Source: Anaerolineales bacterium (GTDB lineage Bacteria; Chloroflexota; Anaerolineae; Anaerolineales; UBA11579). Taken from it: 64,000 bases of DNA. A program made the position numbers and the translations under genes. The DNA lies in NCBI GenBank assembly GCA_019454165.1, contig CP075367.1:67971-131970 (forward strand). Direction: 5' to 3'. A model generated the notes under the pieces. It saw only the letters and a list, made by a program, of their open reading frames with translations. It was not told where the DNA came from and made no database searches. How positions within the stretch are numbered: the stretch's first letter is position 1; each line of letters begins with the position of its first letter. Positions 41,641 to 51,227 of the stretch are shown piece by piece.

Positions 41641-41675
41641 AAACGCCCGCTGAATCTTCAGCGGGCGTTTTTATT
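41641..41675 (+). terminator. Rho-independent terminator
   Basis: 13-bp stem AAACGCCCGCTGA/TCAGCGGGCGTTT with loop ATCT, then TTTATT. Confidence 0.8.
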
Positions 41676-41733
41676 CTCTTCTGACACGAAACACTTGACA
41701 GGGGGTTATTCGTTATAAGACGATGGGAAACGC

Positions 41734-42495
41734 ATGAACGCAACACGGCCACTCAAAGCCATATTCTTTGACCTGGGCAATACGCTGCTCTACTTTGACG
41801 GCGCCTGGCCCGAGGTCCAGCGCCGGGCTGACGCCCAGCTGCTGGCCCACCTGCAAGACGAAGGACTGACCCTGGATGCGCCCAGCTTCCTGCAGGAATT
41901 TCGTGCCCGCCTGAATGCGTATTACGCCCACCGTGAAGCTGAGTTTGTTGAGCAGACAACCGCCTATGTGCTCAAAACCTTGCTGGCTGACCTGGGGTAT
42001 CCGGATGTTGGCCCAAACCAGCTCACCCCCGCCCTGCGCGCCTTGTACGCAGCCTCACAAGCACACTGGCTGCTCGAGGATGACACCTTGCCCACACTGG
42101 AGGCGCTGAAGTCTGCCGGGTACAAGCTTGCCATCATCTCCAACGCCGGGGACGACGAGGATGTCCAGACCCTGGTGGATAAGGCTGAGTTGCGCCCCTA
42201 CTTCGAGCTGGTTCTAAGCTCGGCAGCGTGCGGGGTGCGCAAGCCCAATCCGCGCATTTTTTCGATCGCGCTGGAGCAACTCGCCGTCCAGGCCAGCGAA
42301 GCCGCAATGGTGGGCGACACGCTGGGGGCCGATATCCTGGGGGCCAACAACGCAGGCATCTTTAGCATCTGGCTCACCCGCCGGGCGGAAACCCCCGCCA
42401 ACCGGGAACACGCCCAGACCATCACCCCAGATGCCCAGATTCCCTCCTTGGCCGAGCTTCCCTCTCTCATTAAAGAAGTTGCTTCAAGTAGGTAG
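41734..42495 (+). CDS. HAD-superfamily hydrolase (subfamily IA-like)
   Basis: IFFDLGNTLL (motif I), IISNAG (II), MVGDTLGADILGANNAG (III/IV). Confidence 0.82.
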   Translation: MNATRPLKAIFFDLGNTLLYFDGAWPEVQRRADAQLLAHLQDEGLTLDAPSFLQEFRARLNAYYAHREAEFVEQTTAYVLKTLLADLGYPDVGPNQLTPALRALYAASQAHWLLEDDTLPTLEALKSAGYKLAIISNAGDDEDVQTLVDKAELRPYFELVLSSAACGVRKPNPRIFSIALEQLAVQASEAAMVGDTLGADILGANNAGIFSIWLTRRAETPANREHAQTITPDAQIPSLAELPSLIKEVASSR

Positions 42496-42718
42496 ATTCC
42501 GACGAATCTGTGGCACAATTCGACAATTAAAGCCCTATAATGAATTTCTGTACTACCAGGGCTCGCAATTCGTTGCGGCAATAGCTGGCTGTGCTTTTTT
42601 TGTGTTTGTCAGCTAAAGGCGTAAGCCTAATCTTCAAACCAAAGGAGGTGGTACTCACCAGAGGCGCTGAATTACCTACCTAACCAATCCTTAGTCAAAT
42701 TTTTACGGAGGAGAACAC

Positions 42719-45280
42719 ATGCAACGCAATCGCATTTTGGCGCTGTTCAGCATCCTGCTAATCGCTAGCTTGGTGCTGGGCGCGTGCCAGCCGGCTGCTG
42801 AAGCCACGGCCACTGAAGCCCCGGCCGAGGCCACGGCAGCCCCTGAAACTGAAGCACCTCCCGCTACCACCCGTGTGGGTGGCTGGCTGGACGAGATCGG
42901 CATGAAGATCGTGGGCGCCGACTCCGCAATCACCCAGATTGCGGCCGGCGACATCGACATCTACACGTCGAACCTCTCCCGCCCGCAGGATGTGCAGGCT
43001 GCTGACGCAGCTGGCCTGGAGCGCTCGTTCCAGTATGGTATTTACTACGAGTTGACCTTCAACCCGGCCACTGCTGAGGTGGGTGGTGTAGAGTTCCTGA
43101 ACGGCACTCTGAACCCCTTCACCAACGCCACCATCCGCAAGGCGATGAACAACCTCATCGACCGTGACTACATCAACCAGGAAGTGTACGGCGGCCTGGG
43201 CACTCCGAAGTTCTTCTCGTTTGTGTCCGCGTTCCCCGACTACGCTCGCCACGTTGATGTGATCCGCGGCCTCGAGGCCCAGCTGTCCTACGACCCTGAG
43301 GGCGCCGAAGCCACCATCTCCGCTGAGATGGAAGCCATGGGCGCCGAGCTGGTGGACGGCAAGTGGAACTACAACGGTTCCCCTGTCAACATCATCTTCT
43401 TGATCCGCACTGACTCTGACGGCACCCGTGTTCCGGTTGGTGACTACATCTCCAACCAGCTCGAGTCCATCGGCTTCACTGTGACCCGCCAGTACGGCAC
43501 CTCTTCTGAGTTGGCCGCCCTGTGGGTGAGCGGTAACGCTCCGGACGGTCTGTGGCACATCTACACCGGCGCCTGGGGCGTTGGTGGTATCACCCGTGAT
43601 GACGCTGCTGACTTCCAGTTCTTTGACTCCCCGGACAGCGCCTACGGCTTCACCACGCTGTGGCAGTCCTTCGCCAACCAGATCGCTCCTGAGTACCGCG
43701 CTCTGGCTAACGACCTGGCCAACGCCAACTACTCCACTCTGGAAGAGCGCAAGGCCATGATCAGCGAAGCCCTGCAGTACGCTGCTGACAGCGCCCTGCA
43801 CGTCTGGCTGATCGACGGTCAGGCCTTCAGCCCGTGGCAGCCCAACGTTTCCGTGGCCTTCGACTTGGCCGCTGGCGTTGACATCAACCCGCTGACCACC
43901 TTCACCCTGCGCTTCGACGACCAAGAGGGTGGCACCCTGCAATGGGGTACCCCTGACATCTTCGTCGAGCCCGCCAACCCGATCGGTGGTAGCAACTGGA
44001 CGTACGACAACCAGTGGCAGCTGCTGACCCGTGACTCCGCTGTGCTGCTGAACCCGCACACCGGTATCCCCCTGCCGCAGCGCCTCGAAAGCGCTGAAGT
44101 GTACGCGCAGGAAGGCCTGCCCATCGGCACCACCTACGACTGGGTTGACCTGAGCTTCGTTGCCAGCAACGACGTCCCGGCTGACGCCTGGATCGACTGG
44201 AACCCGGAGACCGAGACCTTCATCACCGTGGGCGAAGCCTACCCTGATGGTCTGAGCTCCCTGATCAAGACCGTTGTTCACTACCCCGCCGAGCTGTTCG
44301 ACCGCACTTGGCACGATGGCAGCCCGATGACCGCGGCTGACTTCATCATGCCGATGATCATGACGTTCGCTACCGGCACCGAGGGCAGCCCCATCTACGA
44401 TGAGGCCGCTGCTGGTGGTCTGGCTGCGTTCAAGGGCGGCTTCAAGGGCTGGCGCATTGTGTCCACCGACCCGCTGAGCATTGAGTACTACACCGATGTG
44501 TGGACTCAGGACGCTGAACTGATCGCTGGCGCTGGCGCCGCTACCCTGTGGCCGGAGTACGGTTACGGTAACGCCGGCTGGCACGCCATTGCGGCTGCCA
44601 ACTGGGCCGAGGCTGAAGGCGAACTCGCCTACACCCCGGACAAGGCCGTTCAAGCCGAGGTGGAGCAGACCAACTTCGTTGGTGGCCCCAGCCTGGAAGT
44701 CCTGGCCTCCTACCTGCAGCGTGGCGCCGATGAGGGTTACATCCCCTTCGCTGCCACCATGGGTAGCTACATCACCGCCGAAGAAGCCACTGCTCGCTAC
44801 AACAACCTGCTGGACTTCTACGGCACCTATGGTCACGTCTGGGCTGGTGTTGGTCCTTACATCCTGGAGCAGGCTCTGCTCGTGGAGAAGACCGCCGTTC
44901 TGGTGCACAACCCGAACTTCACCGACCTGGCTGACAAGTGGTCCGCTTTCGCGGCTCCCAAGGTCGCCACTGCTGAGATTGATGGCTCCGCCCGCGTAAC
45001 CGTGGGTGAAGAGGCCACCTTCGACGTTCTGGTGTCCTTCGATGGCGCGGCTTACCCGGCTGACGAGATCTCGAGCGTGAGCTACCTGCTGTACAACGCA
45101 GAAGGTGCTCTGGTTGAGACCGGCTCCGCCGAGTTGAGCGCTGACGGCCACTATGTGGTCACCCTGAGCGGCGAAACCACTGCCGCCCTGGGCGCTGGCT
45201 CCAACAAGCTGGAAGTTGCTGTTGTTGCCATCCCGGTCAGCATCCCGGCCTTCGCCACCTTCGACTTTGTGACCGAGTAA
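42719..45280 (+). CDS. ABC transporter substrate-binding lipoprotein, family 5 (peptide/nickel type) with long C-terminal extension
   Basis: Lipobox LVLGAC and SBP_bac_5-like core. At 853 aa it is far longer than usual, with an Ig-like tail (ARVTVGEEATFDVLVSFDG...). Confidence 0.85.
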   Translation: MQRNRILALFSILLIASLVLGACQPAAEATATEAPAEATAAPETEAPPATTRVGGWLDEIGMKIVGADSAITQIAAGDIDIYTSNLSRPQDVQAADAAGLERSFQYGIYYELTFNPATAEVGGVEFLNGTLNPFTNATIRKAMNNLIDRDYINQEVYGGLGTPKFFSFVSAFPDYARHVDVIRGLEAQLSYDPEGAEATISAEMEAMGAELVDGKWNYNGSPVNIIFLIRTDSDGTRVPVGDYISNQLESIGFTVTRQYGTSSELAALWVSGNAPDGLWHIYTGAWGVGGITRDDAADFQFFDSPDSAYGFTTLWQSFANQIAPEYRALANDLANANYSTLEERKAMISEALQYAADSALHVWLIDGQAFSPWQPNVSVAFDLAAGVDINPLTTFTLRFDDQEGGTLQWGTPDIFVEPANPIGGSNWTYDNQWQLLTRDSAVLLNPHTGIPLPQRLESAEVYAQEGLPIGTTYDWVDLSFVASNDVPADAWIDWNPETETFITVGEAYPDGLSSLIKTVVHYPAELFDRTWHDGSPMTAADFIMPMIMTFATGTEGSPIYDEAAAGGLAAFKGGFKGWRIVSTDPLSIEYYTDVWTQDAELIAGAGAATLWPEYGYGNAGWHAIAAANWAEAEGELAYTPDKAVQAEVEQTNFVGGPSLEVLASYLQRGADEGYIPFAATMGSYITAEEATARYNNLLDFYGTYGHVWAGVGPYILEQALLVEKTAVLVHNPNFTDLADKWSAFAAPKVATAEIDGSARVTVGEEATFDVLVSFDGAAYPADEISSVSYLLYNAEGALVETGSAELSADGHYVVTLSGETTAALGAGSNKLEVAVVAIPVSIPAFATFDFVTE

Positions 45281-45312
45281 TCGGCCAACAAAGCGAAAGT
45301 AGCAAGAACTAA

Positions 45313-45350
45313 AACAGCGGCAGGGCCTAGGCCCTGCCGCTGTTGCTTTA
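45313..45350 (+). terminator. Intra-operon hairpin/attenuator after the binding-protein gene
   Basis: 15-nt arms AACAGCGGCAGGGCC / GGCCCTGCCGCTGTT, then GCTTTA. Confidence 0.6.
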
Positions 45351-45472
45351 ACTACCCTTGTTTCCCCTGCTCACCCTCGTTGTGAAAAGGATTCTCATTA
45401 TAGGGAAAAGCGTTTTTTGGTATATTATTTGGGCGTTCCGCCCCGCTTCAACCGGAAGCAAGGAGAAATTGA

Positions 45473-46612
45473 ATGAGTGTTACTACGCCAGATCTTGAGG
45501 CTCCGCCAAGCGTACCTCAAGAGCAGACCACTAGTCCTAAGCGCAAGACCAGCACGTTTGCTCGTGTAGCTAAATACACCCTGCTCAAGATGGTTAGTAT
45601 CTTCTTGAGTGTGATCATTGCCGTGTACCTGACGATCTTGATCGCTAACATGGGCGGCTATGTTGACCAGATCGTACGCGGCCAGATCCGCGAATTCATT
45701 GGCCAACAGCTACGGGCTGATCAGAACTACCAGCAAATGGATCCCGCGGCCAAGAATGAGTTCTTTTTGGCCCAGGTTGAACGGGCCGAGAAGCGTTATG
45801 GCTTGGATAAGCCGTTTGCTGTCCGCAGCCTGACCTTTCTGTGGAACGCGATCCGCATGGACTTTGGCACGGCGCAGTTAATGGCCAGTGATACCGGTTC
45901 CCGGCAAGTCAAGCTGATCATTCTTGACCGCCTGGGGCCAACGCTGTTACTCGTGGGTGCGTCCAATCTGCTGTTGTTTTTTGGCAGTATTGCCCTGGCG
46001 CTTATGTTGTCTCGCTCCTACGGCAATTTCTGGGACAAATTGATCATCGGTTTCTCGCCCACGTCCTCAGCTCCATCGTGGTTCTATGGCTTGTTCCTTA
46101 TCCTGCTTTTCGCGGCGGTGCTGAGGTGGCTTCCCTTTGGCGGCATGATCGATTCGCCCCCGCCCCGTGACCAGCTAGGCTATATCCTGAATGTTGGCAA
46201 GCACTTGATCCTGCCCACCCTGGCCATCATTCTTAGCAACTTGTTCATCAGTATCTACAACTGGCGCACATTCTTCCTGATCTATTCCAGTGAAGACTAT
46301 GTGGAAATGGCCAAGGCCAAAGGCTTGAGCGACCGTGACATTCAGTATCGCTACATCCTGCGCCCCACCCTGCCAACCATCATTACCAGCTTCGCCTTGC
46401 TGGTGATCGGCCTGTGGACCGGTTTGATCCTGACGGAAGGCGTGTTCCAATGGCCTGGCCTGGGGCGCACCTTCATCACCGCGATTGGTCTATATGACAC
46501 TCCGGTAATCGTGGCGCTCACCATTATCTATGCCTATCTACTGGCAATTACGGTGTTTGTGCTTGACTTTGTTTACGCCCTGGTTGATCCGCGCGTAAAA
46601 ATTGGCAGCTAA
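45473..46612 (+). CDS. ABC transporter permease (OppB/DppB-like)
   Basis: 6 TM helices, EDYVEMAKAKGLSDRDIQYRYILRPTLP (EAA-type loop). Confidence 0.9.
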   Translation: MSVTTPDLEAPPSVPQEQTTSPKRKTSTFARVAKYTLLKMVSIFLSVIIAVYLTILIANMGGYVDQIVRGQIREFIGQQLRADQNYQQMDPAAKNEFFLAQVERAEKRYGLDKPFAVRSLTFLWNAIRMDFGTAQLMASDTGSRQVKLIILDRLGPTLLLVGASNLLLFFGSIALALMLSRSYGNFWDKLIIGFSPTSSAPSWFYGLFLILLFAAVLRWLPFGGMIDSPPPRDQLGYILNVGKHLILPTLAIILSNLFISIYNWRTFFLIYSSEDYVEMAKAKGLSDRDIQYRYILRPTLPTIITSFALLVIGLWTGLILTEGVFQWPGLGRTFITAIGLYDTPVIVALTIIYAYLLAITVFVLDFVYALVDPRVKIGS

Positions 46613-46639
46613 GAAACCAAAGAAACAGGTGAACTGAAG

Positions 46640-47986
46640 ATGCAAGGAATAATCAAGGGCTTTCAACAGCTCCTCAAGTATCCCAGCGCCGTGATAGGCC
46701 TGGCGCTCATCCTCATACTTTTCGTCGTGTCCATCCTCACGGTGATTTTTATCCCGCGCGATGAAGCGATTCGCTTGTGGCGCGGCGGCGAAGCCATCTG
46801 GGGCCAGAACCCCAAGACCGTACCGCCTGCGTGGACGAATCTGTTCCGCTCCAAGAAGCTGCCCGAAACCATCGTGCTCACCCTGAACGATGAAGCTACG
46901 CAAACCGAGATCAACGAACGCAGTGAGGGCGAGAACCGCATCATCGTGTATAGCTTCAACTACACTGCGGACGAAGCCCCTCAGGACGTTGTGTTCAGCT
47001 TTACCTCCAGGTACGCTACGCGCAACCCCTTCGTAAGCATCTTCTGGATCACTCCGGATGGGCGAGAAATTCGCTTGATGGAGCAAGGCATCAATTACAA
47101 CTTCAGCTACCGCGCCACGCAAGACACCAAGCTAAGCCGGCGCCTTGGGGGGTTGAGCCCTGAGATCGGCTTGTTTGACAACCCCGAAACCGAGGCGGTT
47201 GATATTCTGAAGGGCCAGTATCAGATCGTTGTTGACTACATAACCTTCGAAAACGACTCAAGCATCTCGAAGGCTGATGTGATCCTGCATGGCAAGGTGT
47301 ATGGCCTGTTTGGCACTGACCACCAGCGCCGCGATCTTACGATCGGCATTCTGTGGGGCGTTCCCATTGCTCTGGCGTTTGGCTTGGTGGCATCTTTCGG
47401 CACCTCCATCGCTGCGATCATTTTTGCGGCTCTGGGCGTCTGGTACGGCGGCTGGGTTGATGAGTTGATCCAGCGCATTACGGAGATCAACTTGAACCTG
47501 CCGGTCTTGAGCATTTTGATCATGATCGGCACCTTCTACTCCAAGAGCATCACAACCATTCTTGGAGCCACCGTCTTGCTCAGCATCTTTAGTGGCGCCA
47601 TCAAGAGCTACCGCGCCATCTTTATGCAAGTCAAAGAATCCCCATATATCGAGGCTGCTCGTTCCTACGGTGCTAGCAGCTCGCGCATCATCTTTAGCTA
47701 CCTGATCCCACGTGTCACCCCTCTGCTGATCCCGGGGCTGGTGCTGGGCGTGCCCTCCTTCGTGTTCCTGGAAGCCACGCTGGCTTCTCTGAACCTGGGT
47801 GACCCTGTGCTGCCTACCTGGGGCAAGATCATCTATGAGGCGTGGGGCACTGGCGGCGCTGTGTACAATGGCTTCTACTACTGGATCCTGGAGCCTGCGA
47901 TCCTGCTGATCATCACCGGTTTGGGTTTTGCGCTGGTCGGCTTTGCGATGGACCGCATCTTCAACCCTCGCCTGCGCGACATCTAA
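46640..47986 (+). CDS. ABC transporter permease (OppC/DppC-like) with large first external loop
   Basis: N-terminal TM helix, a roughly 190-aa loop, then the permease core with SPYIEAARSYGASSSRIIFSYLIPR. Confidence 0.9.
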   Translation: MQGIIKGFQQLLKYPSAVIGLALILILFVVSILTVIFIPRDEAIRLWRGGEAIWGQNPKTVPPAWTNLFRSKKLPETIVLTLNDEATQTEINERSEGENRIIVYSFNYTADEAPQDVVFSFTSRYATRNPFVSIFWITPDGREIRLMEQGINYNFSYRATQDTKLSRRLGGLSPEIGLFDNPETEAVDILKGQYQIVVDYITFENDSSISKADVILHGKVYGLFGTDHQRRDLTIGILWGVPIALAFGLVASFGTSIAAIIFAALGVWYGGWVDELIQRITEINLNLPVLSILIMIGTFYSKSITTILGATVLLSIFSGAIKSYRAIFMQVKESPYIEAARSYGASSSRIIFSYLIPRVTPLLIPGLVLGVPSFVFLEATLASLNLGDPVLPTWGKIIYEAWGTGGAVYNGFYYWILEPAILLIITGLGFALVGFAMDRIFNPRLRDI

Positions 47987-48014
47987 ACCAAGAAGAAAGA
48001 CGATTTCACTTCTC

Positions 48015-48995
48015 ATGACGAACAACACACTACTCAAAGTAGAAGACCTGACCCTGTCCTTCCGCACTGCGAAAGGCACCGTGCAGGCCGTGGACAAGGT
48101 CCAGTTTGAAATGCCATCTAACCAGGCTGTGGTGGTGATCGGCGAATCAGGCTGCGGAAAGACCTCGTTTGCCAAAGCCCTGCTGCGCCTGCTGCCTCGC
48201 AACATCGAAGAGTACAGCGGCCGCGTCTACCTTGACGGGCAGGACACCATGGCGCTGGACGACGAGACCTACCGCCAGGACATCCGCTGGGCCAAGATCT
48301 CGATGGTGCCCCAGGCGGCCATGAACTCGCTGAACCCTGTCCTGCGTGTGGGTGAGCAGGTAGCAGAACCCCTGATCGTGCACTACGGCATGACCCCTTC
48401 CGAGGCCCTCGAAAAGGCCAAGGAGATGTTCCGCAAAGTCGGCGTGCCGGTTGATTTCCTTGACCGTTACGCCTTTGAGCTCAGCGGTGGTATGCGCCAG
48501 CGCGTGGCGATCGCTATGGCCTTGGTCACCAACCCCAAGCTGATCACGCTGGATGAGCCCACCTCCGCCTTGGATTTGCTGACGCAGGCCAACATCATGA
48601 ACCTGCTGAAGCGCGTCAAGAAAGAAACCGACGCCAGCTTCATCCTCATCACGCATGACATCGCCACCTCCAGTGAGCTGGCTGACCGCGTGGTGGTGAT
48701 GTATGCCGGCCAGATCGTAGAAGATGCCGACTCGGCCCGCTTCTTCACTCAGCCGCTGCACCCCTACTCGCAGAAACTGATGGCGAGCGTGCCCCGCCTG
48801 CGTGAGACGGTAGAGCCCGAATTCATTACCGGCCAACCGCCCAGCTTGATCAATCCCCCCACGGGCTGCCGCTTCGCAGAGCGCTGCCCCAAGCGTTTCG
48901 ATAAATGCACTCAGGACCCTCCGCTCTTTGAAGTCGAGGGCCGCAAAGTGAAATGTTGGTTGTACGAACCCGGTAGCAAGGAGCGCAAAAACTAA
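48015..48995 (+). CDS. ABC transporter ATP-binding protein (OppD-like)
   Basis: GESGCGKTS, LSGGMRQRVAIAMAL, LITLDEPTSALD, C-terminal oligopeptide-type CRFAERCP. Confidence 0.93.
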   Translation: MTNNTLLKVEDLTLSFRTAKGTVQAVDKVQFEMPSNQAVVVIGESGCGKTSFAKALLRLLPRNIEEYSGRVYLDGQDTMALDDETYRQDIRWAKISMVPQAAMNSLNPVLRVGEQVAEPLIVHYGMTPSEALEKAKEMFRKVGVPVDFLDRYAFELSGGMRQRVAIAMALVTNPKLITLDEPTSALDLLTQANIMNLLKRVKKETDASFILITHDIATSSELADRVVVMYAGQIVEDADSARFFTQPLHPYSQKLMASVPRLRETVEPEFITGQPPSLINPPTGCRFAERCPKRFDKCTQDPPLFEVEGRKVKCWLYEPGSKERKN

Positions 48996-50060
48996 ATGGC
49001 TACAAAGAATAAAACCACGGCTAAGGCCGCTGGCAACAACAGCGAAGATCCCAACGCTCCGTTGCTTTCCGTCAAGAACTTGCGCGTATGGTTCGAATTG
49101 CGCCGCTTTGGCTTTGGCAACGCTGGCTTTGTGCGCGCCGTAGATGGCGTGACCTTTGACTTGCACGAAGGCGAAGCGATCGCCATTGTGGGCGAAAGTG
49201 GCTGTGGCAAATCCAGCCTGATGAAGACCATCCTCGGCCTGAACACCCCCACTGAAGGCTCGATCGTCTTCAAAGGGCGCGACATCAGCAACTTCAACCG
49301 CCAGGATCTCGAGTGGTATCGCTCGCTGATCGGTTATGTCCAGCAGGACCCGTTTGGCTCGCTGGCTCCCTTCATGACCATTGAGCGCATCCTTGAGGAG
49401 CCGCTGATCATTCACGGCATCAAGGACAAGGAAGAGCGCATGCGCCGCATCCACAAGGTGATGGAGGAGGTCAAGCTCACTCCGCAGGCCGAAGTGCTGC
49501 CCAAGTTCCCTCACCAGATCAGTGGTGGCCAGGCGCAGCGCGTGGTCATTGCGCGTGCCATGATCCTGGAGCCGAAGTTCATCGTAGCCGATGAACCCGT
49601 ATCCATGCTTGACGCTTCCGTGCGTGTAGAGATCCTGAAACTGCTGCGCGATCTGCAGTCCAGCCACAAGCTGGCCGTGATCTACATCACGCATGACCTT
49701 TCCACGGTTCGCTACTTCTCGGAACGCATCTTTGTGATGTACGCCGGCCAGCTGATCGAAAAGGCCCCGATGGAAGCCCTCCTCAAGAGAGCCCGTCACC
49801 CTTACACGCAAGCTCTTTTGGCCGCGACGTCTGACCCGGATGCCAACAACGCCTTGCACTACAAAGACGTCCCCCCCGGTGAGCCGCCCAGCCTGGTGAA
49901 GCCCCCCATGGGATGCCGCTTCCACCCCCGCTGCTCACACTTCATGGAAGGGTTGTGCACTCAAGATCCGCCCGAGGTTGCTCCTGAGGCAAACTACTTG
50001 ACCTCATGCTGGCTGTACGACCCGGAACTCGAGGTGAAACTTGCTGAGGCTCAGCGCTAA
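48996..50060 (+). CDS. ABC transporter ATP-binding protein (OppF-like)
   Basis: GESGCGKSS, ISGGQAQRVVIARAM, IVADEPVSMLD, CRFHPRCSH. Confidence 0.93.
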   Translation: MATKNKTTAKAAGNNSEDPNAPLLSVKNLRVWFELRRFGFGNAGFVRAVDGVTFDLHEGEAIAIVGESGCGKSSLMKTILGLNTPTEGSIVFKGRDISNFNRQDLEWYRSLIGYVQQDPFGSLAPFMTIERILEEPLIIHGIKDKEERMRRIHKVMEEVKLTPQAEVLPKFPHQISGGQAQRVVIARAMILEPKFIVADEPVSMLDASVRVEILKLLRDLQSSHKLAVIYITHDLSTVRYFSERIFVMYAGQLIEKAPMEALLKRARHPYTQALLAATSDPDANNALHYKDVPPGEPPSLVKPPMGCRFHPRCSHFMEGLCTQDPPEVAPEANYLTSCWLYDPELEVKLAEAQR

Positions 50061-50283
50061 ACAATACCTGATCTACGGCTTCTTGATGGTCCTGTTCGGG
50101 TTCATCATGCCGTGGCTGTTCATTCTGCGTATTGTGCAGATCAACTTCTTCCTTGCCTTCTTGAGCTATGCAGTCTCATTGGCGGGATTGCTCTTCGGGA
50201 TCATCGGTATTGCCATGATCGGCTTGGAGCGACGCCACAAGGACAGACGGGCACGCGAAGAGTACGGAGAATACGACGAATAA
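50041..50283 (+). CDS. Small two-TM membrane protein, hypothetical
   Basis: 80 codons, two clear hydrophobic helices and a charged tail. TTG start overlaps the ATPase gene end by 20 nt (alternative ATG at 50085). A strong terminator follows. Confidence 0.4.
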   Translation: MLRLSAKQYLIYGFLMVLFGFIMPWLFILRIVQINFFLAFLSYAVSLAGLLFGIIGIAMIGLERRHKDRRAREEYGEYDE

Positions 50284-50316
50284 AAAAAACCGCCTGCACT
50301 GCAGGCGGTTTTTTTT
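50282..50316. terminator. Bidirectional rho-independent terminator
   Basis: A8 - CCGCCTGC act GCAGGCGG - T8, between convergent genes. Confidence 0.85.
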
Positions 50317-51220
50317 ATTCGCTATCTCCCAATCTCAGCGCCCGATAAGACTCATAGCGCTCTGGATGAACCTTGCCTTCATCGACAGCGGCCTTGACGG
50401 CGCAATCGGGCTCCTCAAGGTGGCGGCAGCCGCGGTAATGACAGCCATGGATCAGCGGCTTGATCTCAGGAAAATAGCCATCCAACTCTTCTGGCTGAAT
50501 ATCCCACAACGCCAATGCCTTGATGCCGGGTGTGTCCGCCACATAGCCGCCCCCATCCAGCTTGTACATTAGCCGCTCGGCCGTAGTGTGCTTGCCTTTG
50601 CCCGAACTCTGCTGAACATCCCCTACGCGCAGATCAAGCCCGGGTTGGACTGCATTCATCAGGCTCGATTTGCCTGTGCCCGAAGGGCCGGCCAGCACCG
50701 AGATCTTGCCCAGGAGCAGGCTACGCAACTCTTCGATACCCAGACCATCCGCAACCGAGGAGTAGTGCACCGGATAGCCGATCTCAGCATAATGGCCAAA
50801 GATCTCTTGCGCCTGCTGCATGCCGACCAGGTCAACTTTGCTGGCAACGATATGTGCCGGGATCTCTTGCGCTTCGGCAATGATCAGGAAACGATCCAGC
50901 ATGCGCAAACGCGGCGCGGGGTCAGCACAAGCGAAAATGAACAGCGCCTGGTCAGGGTTGGCGATCAGCACCTGCTCATATTCACCGTTGGGACGCGGGT
51001 CACGGCGCACCAGCGCCCGGCTGCGCGGAGCCACCGACTCGATCATCGGCTCGGCGCCCTCCTCGATACTTATCTCTACGCGGTCACCGATCGCAACGAT
51101 ATCGCCGGTGGGGCGGCCTTTTTTCAAGCGGCCGCGTAGGCGAGCTAAATATTCGCCCTGCGCAGTTTCCACCGCGTAGAAGCCAGACTGTGAGCGAAGT
51201 ACCAGGCCGCTAAGCTGCAT
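50315..51220 (-). CDS. rsgA: Ribosome small-subunit-dependent GTPase A
   Basis: OB-fold N-terminus, VASKVDL, GPSGTGKSSLMNA, zinc knuckle HGCHYRGCRHLEEPDCAV. Confidence 0.9.
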   Translation of the reverse strand: MQLSGLVLRSQSGFYAVETAQGEYLARLRGRLKKGRPTGDIVAIGDRVEISIEEGAEPMIESVAPRSRALVRRDPRPNGEYEQVLIANPDQALFIFACADPAPRLRMLDRFLIIAEAQEIPAHIVASKVDLVGMQQAQEIFGHYAEIGYPVHYSSVADGLGIEELRSLLLGKISVLAGPSGTGKSSLMNAVQPGLDLRVGDVQQSSGKGKHTTAERLMYKLDGGGYVADTPGIKALALWDIQPEELDGYFPEIKPLIHGCHYRGCRHLEEPDCAVKAAVDEGKVHPERYESYRALRLGDSE

Positions 51221-51227
51221 CAAGCGG

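Noticed and set aside
42641-42650. Perfect SD-like AAAGGAGGTG 70 nt upstream of the binding-protein gene, as the start of a leader peptide.
   Set aside because: No ATG, GTG or TTG lies at a workable distance downstream. The only GTG overlaps the SD itself. I left it as an unexplained purine-rich element.
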